Shown here in pieces: positions 27,010 to 35,325 of a stretch of DNA of 36,092 nt; the stretch's first letter is position 1, and each line of letters starts with the position of its first letter. The notes under the pieces were generated by a model, which saw only the letters and a list, made by a program, of their open reading frames with translations, made no database searches and was not told the DNA's origin. The stretch spans positions 1 through 36,092 of the IMG/VR virus record IMGVR_UViG_3300017766_000730; one strand, 5' to 3'. The position numbers and the translations under genes are program-made. The stretch comes from a virus (Duplodnaviria > Caudoviricetes).

Positions 27010-27554
27010 TGACAGTCTTACTATCGCCTATCGGCAATTCAATGACACCTTTTATCGGTGCGGACACTTTGCCTTTGGCTGGTGGACTTTTATACACTTA
27101 TCAGGCTGGCACAACTACTCCGTTAGCAACTTATACAAGCAATTTAGGAACTATAGCCTGTCCTAATCCTATTGTTTTAGGAGTAAACGGCATTGCGCCT
27201 ACAGAGATTTGGCTTAATAGCAATTATTCCTATAAATTTGTATTAGCTACTGCGGCGAATGTAACGCTTTATACATACGACAATATTGCTGGCATACCAT
27301 CCTCTGCAAGTTTAGTGAATGTCCCAAGTGGCGCAATTTTGGTATGGTCAGGAGCTGTTTCTGCTGTTCCTGCTGGATATGTATTATGTAATGGCGTAAA
27401 CGGCACTCCTAATTTGCAAGATAGCTTCGTTGTGGGCGCAGGAAACACATTCTCAGTAAATGCCACAGGCGGATTTACATCATCATCGACTATGTCAAGT
27501 GCAGGAACTAATACACCTTTGTATTATTCTTTAGCTTACATAATGAAAACTTGA
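27009..27554 (+). CDS. Tail adaptor: head-binding-like N-terminus plus tail-collar-like C-terminus
   Basis: PLAGGLLYTYQAGTTTPLATY...NPIVL and PSGAILVWSG...PAGYVLCNG..GTPNL...LAYIMK. Confidence 0.7.
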   Translation: MTVLLSPIGNSMTPFIGADTLPLAGGLLYTYQAGTTTPLATYTSNLGTIACPNPIVLGVNGIAPTEIWLNSNYSYKFVLATAANVTLYTYDNIAGIPSSASLVNVPSGAILVWSGAVSAVPAGYVLCNGVNGTPNLQDSFVVGAGNTFSVNATGGFTSSSTMSSAGTNTPLYYSLAYIMKT

Positions 27555-27799
27555 TGGAGCAGAATATGTCCTTTGAGCTTGACCCTGTTAAATACGGTGT
27601 TCTGTGGAATACCGTAGAAAATAACGAAAAAAAATTAGAAGAAATGAACAAAAAAATGGACAAAATGGAAGGCAAAATTGAAGAGTTGCTTGCTATGGCT
27701 GAAAGGTCTAAGGGTTCATTGTGGGCATTAATGGGAGTTGCTTCCGTAGTCGGCGGAATTATTAGCTTTTTGACAGACATTATTTTTATAAAAAAATGA
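27554..27799 (+). CDS. Coiled-coil protein with C-terminal TM (lysis region, holin-like candidate)
   Basis: Heptad coil then GSLWALMGVASVVGGIISFL; start may be 27554 or 27566. Confidence 0.6.
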   Translation: MEQNMSFELDPVKYGVLWNTVENNEKKLEEMNKKMDKMEGKIEELLAMAERSKGSLWALMGVASVVGGIISFLTDIIFIKK

Positions 27800-27981
27800 A
27801 ACGGATGCGCCAATCAAAAACAATGTGGTTTTCTATCTCATTGGTAATTTTTGGTGCTTTATTTGATAACTTCTCTTATTTGCAAAACATAATTGACCAA
27901 AGATATTACGGCGTTATTTTTATTTTTATTGGTATGGTGGTTGCTATTTTGCGCTATATAACTTCGGAGCCTGTTAAATGA
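27796..27981 (+). CDS. Putative holin (2 TM)
   Basis: QSKTMWF...two hydrophobic segments...LRYITSEPV. Confidence 0.65.
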   Translation: MKRMRQSKTMWFSISLVIFGALFDNFSYLQNIIDQRYYGVIFIFIGMVVAILRYITSEPVK

Positions 27982-28523
27982 GTTACATTCTTTATCCTTT
28001 TTTGGTTGTTATTAATTTAATTGGAACTGTTCTTACTTTTCCATTGGCTTTTATTTTGGCTTTATTAAAGTCCGACCAAGAAGGTTGGTTAGATAACGGA
28101 ACAAAATGGGGTAATGGACCAAGATTGTTTAAATGGCTGTCATGGTTTCAAACGCCTGATAACAGTTTAGACGGCGACCATGGCTTTCAAGAAAAGCACA
28201 ATCCTTGCTGGTGGTCTAAGGTTCAATGGCTATGGCGCAATCCTTTTTATGGCTTTGCCGTTAAATATTTGCATGGTTCAAGCGGCATAAGTTATTTGGG
28301 CGATTTACATTGCGATGAATCCCATCCTGGTTATTTATATGTTTACGGTCAAGGGCTGTTTCAATTCGTACTGTTTAAGCCAATGTTCGGCAAAACTTTG
28401 TATTTAAATTTAGGCTGGAATATTCGTGCATTGGTAGACCCACAATATATCAATGACCCAAATAATGCGGCTTTTATTGCAGATTATCCTGCTACTTTTG
28501 CGTTTAGCCCAAGGCTGGTGTAA
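27978..28523 (+). CDS. Hypothetical membrane-anchored protein
   Basis: N-terminal TM, WLSWFQTPDNSLDGD and WLWRNP.YGF motifs. Confidence 0.65.
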   Translation: MSYILYPFLVVINLIGTVLTFPLAFILALLKSDQEGWLDNGTKWGNGPRLFKWLSWFQTPDNSLDGDHGFQEKHNPCWWSKVQWLWRNPFYGFAVKYLHGSSGISYLGDLHCDESHPGYLYVYGQGLFQFVLFKPMFGKTLYLNLGWNIRALVDPQYINDPNNAAFIADYPATFAFSPRLV

Positions 28524-28906
28524 TGTTCGGAGTAAACATCTATGCCATTATTGCTTTGGTTGCTGTTGCCTTATTTTGCGGTGGGTTTGTTAATGGTTGC
28601 TCCTATCAGCAAAACAAAGCCGAAAAAACCATTCGAGATAAAGAACATCAATACCAAGCCGATGCGGACAAAATAAGGACAGACAAAGATGCTCAAATCA
28701 AAGTTATTAATAATCAGCTTGTTGATGCCATTAGTGGGTTGCGTAGCCGTTCCAGTAGTGCCACAAAAACCGTTAATGGACAAGATTGCAACGGACAAGC
28801 CCTTTCTGCCCCCGATGCAGAATTTCTTATCAGGGAAGCCGCAAGAGCAGACGAAATAAGAATAGCTTTAAAAGCGTGCTATGAACAATACGAATCAATC
28901 AAATAA
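28523..28906 (+). CDS. rz: i-spanin (Rz-like)
   Basis: N-terminal TM, periplasmic coil, C-terminal DAEFLIREAARADEIRIALKACY; nested lipoprotein gene in +1 frame. Confidence 0.75.
   Translation: MFGVNIYAIIALVAVALFCGGFVNGCSYQQNKAEKTIRDKEHQYQADADKIRTDKDAQIKVINNQLVDAISGLRSRSSSATKTVNGQDCNGQALSAPDAEFLIREAARADEIRIALKACYEQYESIK
28689..28859 (+). CDS. rz1: o-spanin (Rz1-like) lipoprotein nested in Rz (not in ORF track)
   Basis: MLKSKLLIISLLMPLVG-CVAVPVVPQKP...; LVGC lipobox, Pro-rich mature part, AAGGA upstream. Confidence 0.72.
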   Translation: MLKSKLLIISLLMPLVGCVAVPVVPQKPLMDKIATDKPFLPPMQNFLSGKPQEQTK

Positions 28907-28945
28907 TTATCATTGGGTCTTAGGCTGTGCAGGAAGTAGTCCGAA

Positions 28946-29170
28946 ATGAATAAAAATAATGTAGCTTTGTGGGTTACTTTAATTGCTACTATTACTTTAG
29001 CAATCATTCTTTTGTCTATGGTAAGCGTATTGCTTAAAGGTCTATTTATAAACGAAATAGATAATACGGAAATATTTAAGGCTGTTACTCCTGCTTTTCA
29101 GATGATAGTCGGTGCTTTCGTAGGATTAGTGGCTGGTATTAAATTAGGGCAATCAGAAGATGACAAATGA
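28946..29170 (+). CDS. 2-TM membrane protein (holin/antiholin candidate)
   Basis: Two hydrophobic helices; overlaps endolysin start. Confidence 0.6.
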   Translation: MNKNNVALWVTLIATITLAIILLSMVSVLLKGLFINEIDNTEIFKAVTPAFQMIVGAFVGLVAGIKLGQSEDDK

Positions 29171-29756
29171 GCAATTACAGGCTTTGGGAATAGAGCCGAA
29201 ATGGCTTAAACCGTTAAACGATACATTCGACAAATACCAAATAAATACCCCAACAAGACAAGCGGCTTTTATTGGGCAATGCGGTCATGAATCGAATAAC
29301 TTTAAAACGCTAGAAGAAAATTTACACTACAGCGCAGGCTCTCTTATGCGTGTATGGCCTTCTCGTTTTCCTGATACGGCTACAGCAGAAAAATATGCAA
29401 ATAATCCTGAATTAATTGCTAATAAAGTTTATGGCGGCAGAACCGATTTAGGCAATACGCAGGATGGCGATGGGTGGAAATTTCACGGCAGAGGGGTCGT
29501 ACAGCTTACTGGGCGTGCTAATGTAACCAACTGCGGAGAAGCTCTAGGGCAACCATTTGCCGAGCGTCCTGAGCTTCTTTTACAGCCTGAATGGGCTTGT
29601 ATGTCTGCTGGCTGGTTTTGGAATAAAAAGGGGTTAAATGCCCTCGCTGATTCTGAAGATTGGTCTACCATGACGAAACGGATTAACGATGGTACATTAG
29701 GGTTAGACGATAGAATTAACAGAATACATAAAGCTATGGATATTTTAGGAGCATAA
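29160..29756 (+). CDS. Endolysin, glycoside hydrolase family 19
   Basis: AAFIGQCGHES...LEENL.YS...GDGWKFHGRG..QLTGRAN...SAGWFW. Confidence 0.92.
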   Translation: MTNEQLQALGIEPKWLKPLNDTFDKYQINTPTRQAAFIGQCGHESNNFKTLEENLHYSAGSLMRVWPSRFPDTATAEKYANNPELIANKVYGGRTDLGNTQDGDGWKFHGRGVVQLTGRANVTNCGEALGQPFAERPELLLQPEWACMSAGWFWNKKGLNALADSEDWSTMTKRINDGTLGLDDRINRIHKAMDILGA

Positions 29757-29757
29757 A

Positions 29758-29910
29758 ATGGCAGATAAATTTTTCAAAGAAACAAAAGCGCATGAAAAGC
29801 GTGAAGAAACGCAAGTAATCAATTTGCGTAATGCTGTATATAAATTTGGAAAAGAATTAAAAAAGCATGAGAAAGAGCCTATGAATAAGGCTCATCCCAA
29901 GTCTAAATAA
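29758..29910 (+). CDS. Hypothetical 50-aa K/E/H-rich protein (not in ORF track)
   Basis: MADKFFKETKAHEKREETQVINLRNAVYKFGKELKKHEKEPMNKAHPKSK; AGGAG RBS. Confidence 0.7.
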   Translation: MADKFFKETKAHEKREETQVINLRNAVYKFGKELKKHEKEPMNKAHPKSK

Positions 29911-30091
29911 GCTGAATTACTGGTTTTTTGTTTTCTTGATTTTCTAAAGCGGCTTGCCAGCCCTGAGTCCACAAATTTAATGCTGTGGAATTTTCATAAA
30001 AAAAATCAGGATACAAGGAAAAGAAAACCTCCTCACAAGCATCTGAGGGAACTTTAACATTTCCAGCGAAAGGTATATTTTCTTCTGTCAT
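29903..30091 (-). CDS. Hypothetical protein
   Basis: ORF track; last gene of the early operon, converging on the late operon. Confidence 0.65.
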   Translation of the reverse strand: MTEENIPFAGNVKVPSDACEEVFFSLYPDFFYENSTALNLWTQGWQAALENQENKKPVIQLI

Positions 30092-30300
30092 TTAATCCTC
30101 GCTACTTTCGCTTTTTTCAAAACAGCTTCGTATTGCTCTTTAGCGTAATCATCTAATTGCCGCAAGGGCAAATTTTGATAATATCGCCATTTATCTCTGT
30201 ATCCCTGTATTTCTGAAGGCGGAATCCAGCCAGCCATTTTCCATCGGAGCGTTATATCTGTCCCTGCTTTAGTCCAAATATGTTCATTAATTGTAGACAT
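30088..30300 (-). CDS. Hypothetical protein
   Basis: ORF track; ATGA overlap with the next gene. Confidence 0.7.
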   Translation of the reverse strand: MSTINEHIWTKAGTDITLRWKMAGWIPPSEIQGYRDKWRYYQNLPLRQLDDYAKEQYEAVLKKAKVARIK

Positions 30301-30451
30301 TCGTAATCTCGCTTTCTTTTATAAAAAGGTCGGTTAATTTAAATGCTCTTTCTACAGCTTGTGCATCCCAATCTTTCTGAGTTACATCAAATTTCCAATC
30401 ATTAGAAATCATTAGCCGTAAAAGCTGAAACGCCATTTGTTCCCTAGTCAT
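30287..30451 (-). CDS. Hypothetical 54-aa protein (not in ORF track)
   Basis: MTREQMAFQLLRLMISNDWKFDVTQKDWDAQAVERAFKLTDLFIKESEITNVYN; overlaps both neighbours. Confidence 0.65.
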   Translation of the reverse strand: MTREQMAFQLLRLMISNDWKFDVTQKDWDAQAVERAFKLTDLFIKESEITNVYN

Positions 30452-30749
30452 TTTTAGAATAAGTCCTTTGAATTAAATCCCATTTGGTTGTGCAAATAAC
30501 TTCCACAGGAATATCTGTACTGGTTGCGGCGTTACCAATCCTGCGTTTGCCGTAAATAATAATGGGTTGCATACTGCCAGCAATACATTCCTTGCTGGCT
30601 TGTATGACTTCTTGCCTAGATAAAGCCTGAATATTTGGGTCTAATATTAATGTTTGGGCTGGTGCATCCGTATTGTATTTCACGCCTCCAACGCTAGTAC
30701 AAGCACCTAAAACCAAAGCCGACATTACTCCGATTATTTTTTTCATCAC
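30444..30749 (-). CDS. Lipoprotein (early operon)
   Basis: MKKIIGVMSALVLGA-C lipobox; two further Cys; AAGGAG RBS. Confidence 0.75.
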   Translation of the reverse strand: MMKKIIGVMSALVLGACTSVGGVKYNTDAPAQTLILDPNIQALSRQEVIQASKECIAGSMQPIIIYGKRRIGNAATSTDIPVEVICTTKWDLIQRTYSKND

Positions 30750-30770
30750 TTACTCCTTAAAAATTAAAAT

Positions 30771-30902
30771 TTAACGGCAAATTGTTACCCATTGGCATCC
30801 GCCGCCGCCACAAACATATTGTTGCCAGCATTGAGCTTGTTGAGCATAAGCAAAGCCGATTACAAAAAAGACTGCTGTTGATACAAGTAATTTTTTAAAC
30901 AT
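30771..30902 (-). CDS. Secreted 4-Cys micropeptide (43 aa; not in ORF track)
   Basis: MFKKLLVSTAVFFVIGFAYA-QQAQCWQQYVCGGGGCQWVTICR; AAGGAG RBS; Sec signal with AxA cleavage site. Confidence 0.75.
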   Translation of the reverse strand: MFKKLLVSTAVFFVIGFAYAQQAQCWQQYVCGGGGCQWVTICR

Positions 30903-30913
30903 GGTAATTCTCC

Positions 30914-31171
30914 TTAAAATGGAATATCTTCATCGATTTTTTCTAAACTTGCGCTTCCTGACTTGCCTTCGGGTTTATCTTCAGGCACATTAAGATAACA
31001 CCACAATGTTCCTTCTTTTAAACCCAATAATGGAATCATTTCTAATTTCATCATTAAATCGCCTTTTTTGGTTTCGGTGACGATGCCGATAGTGTTATAG
31101 CGTTTCTTGGTTGCACCTGATTGGTCTGTATATTCCGAAATTGCCGCTTTTACATAGTATTTAATTGCCAT
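30914..31171 (-). CDS. Small SSB-like protein
   Basis: Follows exonuclease and annealase; beta-rich with acidic C-terminal DEDIPF tail like bacterial SSB. Confidence 0.6.
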   Translation of the reverse strand: MAIKYYVKAAISEYTDQSGATKKRYNTIGIVTETKKGDLMMKLEMIPLLGLKEGTLWCYLNVPEDKPEGKSGSASLEKIDEDIPF

Positions 31172-31823
31172 TTGTATTGCCTTTCATCAAAAGAACTTCT
31201 ACTGCCACTTCATTTAAAAAGATTATGACTTCGTTTTCCATGTCGGAAATAAAATCATTGCTTCGCATTACACGCTTAACGAATAATTTGCTACGGTCAG
31301 GCATACGAGGGTCAAAAGAAACGAAATCGCACCATTCTCTGTTCGTACAAGCCATTTGCGCTTGCATTTGAATGTAATATTTCATCGGCGGCTCGCCAGC
31401 TTTTATATAAGACCAATGCGTTGCGCTGTTGGGGCATTTAATTTCTACAAGACCGTTGTTATCAATTAAACCGTCAGGACTAGCTCCGAACCATTTAATA
31501 GTAGGATGGTCTACAAACGCTATTTGGTCTACAAAATTGCCTGAAAATACTTCATAAGCCACTCTAGCTTGCGCTTCGTTATCTATGCCCCATTGCATCG
31601 CTTCGTTAGTAAAACCTTCTTCCACGACTCCAGTAACCCTTTGCAGGGCTAATTTAATAAGGTAATTGCCTCTTGATGCGGAAACGCCGCTTTTAGTTTT
31701 AGCTAGAACATCAGCTACGCCGCTTGCGGTTACTTTGCCGAGCCTTATCTTCAGCCATTCTTCAGAGCCTTGTACAACTCCTTCAAAAGCCGCTATGCGG
31801 TCTTCAGTTGTAAATGTAGTCAT
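31161..31823 (-). CDS. YqaJ / lambda-exonuclease family recombination nuclease
   Basis: QGSEEWLKIRLGKVTAS...GASPDGL...VEIKCP...YYIQMQAQM. Confidence 0.92.
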   Translation of the reverse strand: MTTFTTEDRIAAFEGVVQGSEEWLKIRLGKVTASGVADVLAKTKSGVSASRGNYLIKLALQRVTGVVEEGFTNEAMQWGIDNEAQARVAYEVFSGNFVDQIAFVDHPTIKWFGASPDGLIDNNGLVEIKCPNSATHWSYIKAGEPPMKYYIQMQAQMACTNREWCDFVSFDPRMPDRSKLFVKRVMRSNDFISDMENEVIIFLNEVAVEVLLMKGNTNGN

Positions 31824-32182
31824 TTCTCTTGTGCCTTTCTTAGTATTGCTCTAGCAAAATCCAAAACATCATATTCACAAGCAAGGTAATAACCTAAATT
31901 GGGTTGATATTTGGCTTCAATTAGTATTTCCTCATCTGTTAGTGTCTTTAACTGTGGCGAGCAAGTATGAATAGAATCTCCTGTAACCCTTTTTCCACAA
32001 TCTAAACACGCAGTCCACGCTAATGGTTTTGCTGGATGGGTGTAGAGTGGAAATATTTTGTAATTATTCCCAAATTGTTTCCAATGTTCTACTTCTTCTT
32101 CGGCTTCCTTTAAAACTTGAGTAACATTCATAAAATCATCAGGACAAGTGCCAACTACCCACGCTACTGGTTCATTGTTCAT
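31820..32182 (-). CDS. Hypothetical protein
   Basis: EPVAW...PLYTHP...CLDC...LTDEEI...FARAIL, mosaic pattern common in phage early genes. Confidence 0.7.
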   Translation of the reverse strand: MNNEPVAWVVGTCPDDFMNVTQVLKEAEEEVEHWKQFGNNYKIFPLYTHPAKPLAWTACLDCGKRVTGDSIHTCSPQLKTLTDEEILIEAKYQPNLGYYLACEYDVLDFARAILRKAQEK

Positions 32183-32227
32183 TTGCGAGCCTCTTTTTCT
32201 TTTCTAAGTATGGAATCGAACATTTGT

Positions 32228-32770
32228 TTAAGCTCCCAATTCTGCTTTTTTGGCATCTTTGGCGGCTGATATGGACTCGACTGCTGATTTATCTTTTGAG
32301 AGGGTTTTATAGGCGTTACCATAAATTTCCTTTAAATGTAATAAAGATTCGCATTGATTAATAGCTTCTAACCATTTATTTAATTCTTCGGTTAAATCTA
32401 CAGGCTCTTCTTCAGGCAAATCCTCGCCAGCGTAAATGTATAGACCGATGCCGAATAAGCTGATAGTCTTAACTAAACAGCGCATCATTGCTGTATTTAC
32501 ATCCATTGCGTTTGGATTAGGGATAGCCTTGTTCGTATTATTTAGAACAGGCATTTGGCAAGTCATAGATTTGCCCATAGCTGTAACTGTGCAAAAAACC
32601 ATTACTGATTCGTTAAAATAAACAGGGTCGCCAAATGTCCAAGTTGCGGAAGGGTCATTCTGTAACAGCGTATCTACAGCCCATGTCCAAGAAAGATAGG
32701 TAAATTTGCCCTTTTTTTCGGTATGCTCGTTTACATTAATAAGTCTTAATTCGTTAAATGTTTTCATCAC
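32228..32770 (-). CDS. Sak/DUF1071 (Rad52-like) ssDNA-annealing protein
   Basis: INVNEHTEKKGKFTYLSWTWA...VNTAMMRCLVK...FGIGLYIYAGEDLP. Confidence 0.88.
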   Translation of the reverse strand: MMKTFNELRLINVNEHTEKKGKFTYLSWTWAVDTLLQNDPSATWTFGDPVYFNESVMVFCTVTAMGKSMTCQMPVLNNTNKAIPNPNAMDVNTAMMRCLVKTISLFGIGLYIYAGEDLPEEEPVDLTEELNKWLEAINQCESLLHLKEIYGNAYKTLSKDKSAVESISAAKDAKKAELGA

Positions 32771-32776
32771 TTTTCC

Positions 32777-33010
32777 TTAATATTCAAGGTTTGCGCTATT
32801 CATCATGTCGCATTGGTTATTAATAAGCTGGCGAACCAACCCATCAATCATGCACTTTGCATGGTATTTATTAAATTCGCTAGAATCTAAAAAATGCTTT
32901 AAAACAACCAAAGAGCTAAATATTTCGTCAATTTGGTCGTACATTTCATAGCACGCTATTTCAGCGTGGCTTAATTTAGCGACTGCGAGGTTTTCTTCTT
33001 TTACGGTCAT
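32777..33010 (-). CDS. Hypothetical protein
   Basis: ORF track; abuts the upstream stop. Confidence 0.6.
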   Translation of the reverse strand: MTVKEENLAVAKLSHAEIACYEMYDQIDEIFSSLVVLKHFLDSSEFNKYHAKCMIDGLVRQLINNQCDMMNSANLEY

Positions 33011-33298
33011 TTAAAACTCACTTTCTGCGGCTTCTTTAGCGAAACGCTCCATGTAGTCGTAAGCCATCATCATGATTTTGCGACCAATTAGTTCGTAATT
33101 ACCACTATCAATGCAGTCCTGTAAAGCGGCGGCTGTATCGGTGTCAAGCTCACCTAATGCTTCGGCAACACGACCAGCAGTATTAGGGTCGTAATCAGCG
33201 CCTTTTTTCATAAGCTCATAAGTGCGCTCATCAATTTCGTCAGAGCGGTCATCGTAATCTTCAGGCTCGTAATACGCATCGTGTCTAGACATACCCAT
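33011..33298 (-). CDS. Hypothetical acidic protein
   Basis: Start refined to MGMSRHDAYYEPEDY after AGGAGG RBS. Confidence 0.75.
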   Translation of the reverse strand: MGMSRHDAYYEPEDYDDRSDEIDERTYELMKKGADYDPNTAGRVAEALGELDTDTAAALQDCIDSGNYELIGRKIMMMAYDYMERFAKEAAESEF

Positions 33299-33300
33299 AA

Positions 33301-33381
33301 TTAAAATCCTCCTAATAAACCATAAGCAAACATTGAACCAAGAACAGCGCCAAGTAAACAAGCGTAAATAAAGTCTTTCAT
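33301..33381 (-). CDS. 26-aa single-TM micropeptide (not in ORF track)
   Basis: MKDFIYACLLGAVLGSMFAYGLLGGF; ATGA overlap with upstream stop. Confidence 0.6.
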   Translation of the reverse strand: MKDFIYACLLGAVLGSMFAYGLLGGF

Positions 33382-33572
33382 GCTGTAACCTTTTTAAAAA
33401 TAGATACAGCTAAATCGATGGCTTTGTCACGAGTAGGCGCAAAATCAAATACTTCGCCTTTTTGGGCTACAACCCAAGTGCCAGTTTTGCGTTTTTGAAC
33501 ATAATAGGTATCTAGCTCGTTAGAGCCTAGAACTACACGGAAGGTAGATTTATTTAACATTACAACTTGCAT
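33378..33572 (-). CDS. Hypothetical early protein
   Basis: ATG at 33572 preceded by TGATGAAAGGAATT leader. Confidence 0.7.
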   Translation of the reverse strand: MQVVMLNKSTFRVVLGSNELDTYYVQKRKTGTWVVAQKGEVFDFAPTRDKAIDLAVSIFKKVTA

Positions 33573-33596
33573 TTTCAATTCCTTTCATCACTTTTT

Positions 33597-33615
33597 AAAA
33601 AGCCTCCGAAGAGGC
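33597..33615 (-). terminator. UUCG-loop terminator/attenuator
   Basis: Minus strand GCCTC-TTCG-GAGGC-TTTTT. Confidence 0.65.
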
Positions 33616-33622
33616 GCACCAA

Positions 33623-33781
33623 TTAAATATATTCTATACGATAATATTTAGGATTTTTTCTAGCAAGAATAAAATACGCTTGCTTAATTGTTACAGGCAC
33701 ACTCCAGTTGCGCCATTCGTTTTTGTAGTCATCAAACTGCATTACTACACATTCTTTTTTGCCTTGCCCTTTAGATTTCAT
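33623..33781 (-). CDS. Hypothetical 52-aa early protein (not in ORF track)
   Basis: MKSKGQGKKECVVMQFDDYKNEWRNWSVPVTIKQAYFILARKNPKYYRIEYI; preceded by the conserved leader and a promoter. Confidence 0.75.
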   Translation of the reverse strand: MKSKGQGKKECVVMQFDDYKNEWRNWSVPVTIKQAYFILARKNPKYYRIEYI

Positions 33782-33816
33782 TTTAATTCCTTTCATCAAT
33801 TTAACAGCATAAGAGA

Positions 33817-33845
33817 ACTATAAAGAGTCTTTTTATATAAGTAAA
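33817..33845 (-). promoter_or_regulatory. Early promoter P2
   Basis: Minus strand TTTACT, 17 bp spacer, TATAGT, with AT-rich UP-like tract; paralogous to 35367-35395. Confidence 0.7.
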
Positions 33846-33877
33846 GCATATTTTTAAAATAAATTAAAAAATTATTT

Positions 33878-33904
33878 AAAAAGAAGCAGGAATTACCCTG
33901 CCTC
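33878..33904 (-). terminator. Intrinsic terminator after DUF932 gene
   Basis: Minus strand GAGGCAGG-GTAATT-CCTGCTTC-TTTTT. Confidence 0.7.
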
Positions 33905-33920
33905 CTTTAAAATCAGCGAC

Positions 33921-34880
33921 TTATGCTAAAAGTAGCTCTACAGCCCTATTTTTTACCTTATTTCCCTCGCCAAACCAGGTGGAATTAAGTTTGCTATCCT
34001 GAGTGCGCCCAGTAGCATGATGGTCGTAATACTCGGTTACAGCGTTTAACATACCCCATTTAGTATGTTCGGCAAGCTCGAAACCTTTAGATTCGCTTTC
34101 ATACAGACTTAAAATCTTTTTATAGGGTTTAGTTTCGGGTACGAGTTGAAAATCTTGTTCAGGCTGTTTTAAGAGCTGTAACAAAAATGTTTTCGCTTTA
34201 GCCATGTTTAATTGTTGTTTTTGCAACAATTTAGCCATTTCCATAAACGAGCCGAAAGCCGCCACAGAATTCGCCAATTTAGCTTTAACAGCTTCATGGT
34301 CAAACTTTTGTAAATGGCTAAAAGAAACCATATTTGCATTGTTATTTACCGACATAGACAAAGTATTGTTACAAACTACACGAACAGTCGTAAAACGAGC
34401 AGTCGTGGCTATAGATTTGTCGCAGGAAGTAGAAAGCAACAAAAAGCCGCCTACACCGTCATCTTTAGAAACTTCGCCAAAATTACCTGTTTCTGCCAAA
34501 GCCCACATACGCTTGCCGCCAAACAATGTACCAGCTGTATGCAATTTAAAACCGTTTTCTTCTACTAACGATTTAAAGAAATGCAAAACTTCTACAGGCT
34601 GTACAGCTTTGTAACGGTTAGAAACTACAGATAACGGAGCATTTGTATCGGAGCGATACAAAACATTTTTACCAGTAAACAATTCAACTGAATCGTTATT
34701 GGTGTTTTGGGCGTTAAACAATACAGGGCTAGACTGTATTGACCAATTCATGCCAGCCGCAACTTGCCATTCGTCAAAAGAAGCATCTTGGTTTAATTCT
34801 TGACCAAGACCATGCCAAGGTGTTTCGCCTACAAAAGCCATTTCAGCTTTACCATTTGTCATTGTTAATTCGTGAGCCAT
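33921..34880 (-). CDS. DUF932 (phage/plasmid-like) protein
   Basis: MAHEL...PWHGLG...AAGMNW...VSNRYKAVQP...RVVCNNTL...TKWGMLNAVTEYYDH. Confidence 0.88.
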   Translation of the reverse strand: MAHELTMTNGKAEMAFVGETPWHGLGQELNQDASFDEWQVAAGMNWSIQSSPVLFNAQNTNNDSVELFTGKNVLYRSDTNAPLSVVSNRYKAVQPVEVLHFFKSLVEENGFKLHTAGTLFGGKRMWALAETGNFGEVSKDDGVGGFLLLSTSCDKSIATTARFTTVRVVCNNTLSMSVNNNANMVSFSHLQKFDHEAVKAKLANSVAAFGSFMEMAKLLQKQQLNMAKAKTFLLQLLKQPEQDFQLVPETKPYKKILSLYESESKGFELAEHTKWGMLNAVTEYYDHHATGRTQDSKLNSTWFGEGNKVKNRAVELLLA

Positions 34881-34902
34881 TTTTAATTCCCTTCATCAAT
34901 AT

Positions 34903-34925
34903 AAAAGATGCCCACCGAAGTGGGC
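34903..34925 (-). terminator. UUCG-loop hairpin, terminator/attenuator
   Basis: Minus strand GCCCAC-TTCG-GTGGGC-ATCTTTT. Confidence 0.6.
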
Positions 34926-34932
34926 GGTTTTG

Positions 34933-35325
34933 TTAAACTTCAAATAATTCTTTACGAGCCGCAATAGCTTTGCCAGCCATTTTGTAAAATTCTTCAAAAG
35001 TGTATTTTGGCTCATGGTAATCAATAGAACCTTCATACTCTAATTGCGATTTTTCGAAATCTGACAACCATTCGTCATGCTCAATATGAATGCGAATTAC
35101 ATCAACTTCAACATAATCATTGCATTCTGTAAAAGCATCGATAGCTAAATGGCGCAAAGTTTCAAACGGAATAGTACAAGGAATGCCAGTTACTTTAATA
35201 GAACTGCCGCCTTTGTTTTTCCAGTACTGAGGGCACTCTCCTTCGCCGTCCCAATCATGAGCACCGTAGTTTTCTTTGTATTGAGTATCAATAACCCACA
35301 TATTAGTTTCTTTAACAATCATCAT
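34933..35325 (-). CDS. Hypothetical early phage protein
   Basis: TQYKENYGAHDWDGEGECPQYWKNKGG motif; start refined to 35325 after the conserved leader. Confidence 0.75.
   Translation of the reverse strand: MMIVKETNMWVIDTQYKENYGAHDWDGEGECPQYWKNKGGSSIKVTGIPCTIPFETLRHLAIDAFTECNDYVEVDVIRIHIEHDEWLSDFEKSQLEYEGSIDYHEPKYTFEEFYKMAGKAIAARKELFEV

Noticed and set aside
1857-28798. Many minus-strand and alternate-frame ORFs in the track (e.g. 6457-6774, 11647-12021, 15898-16323, 25716-26075, 26082-26453)
   Set aside because: Shadows of well-supported plus-strand genes, without RBS or recognisable motifs.
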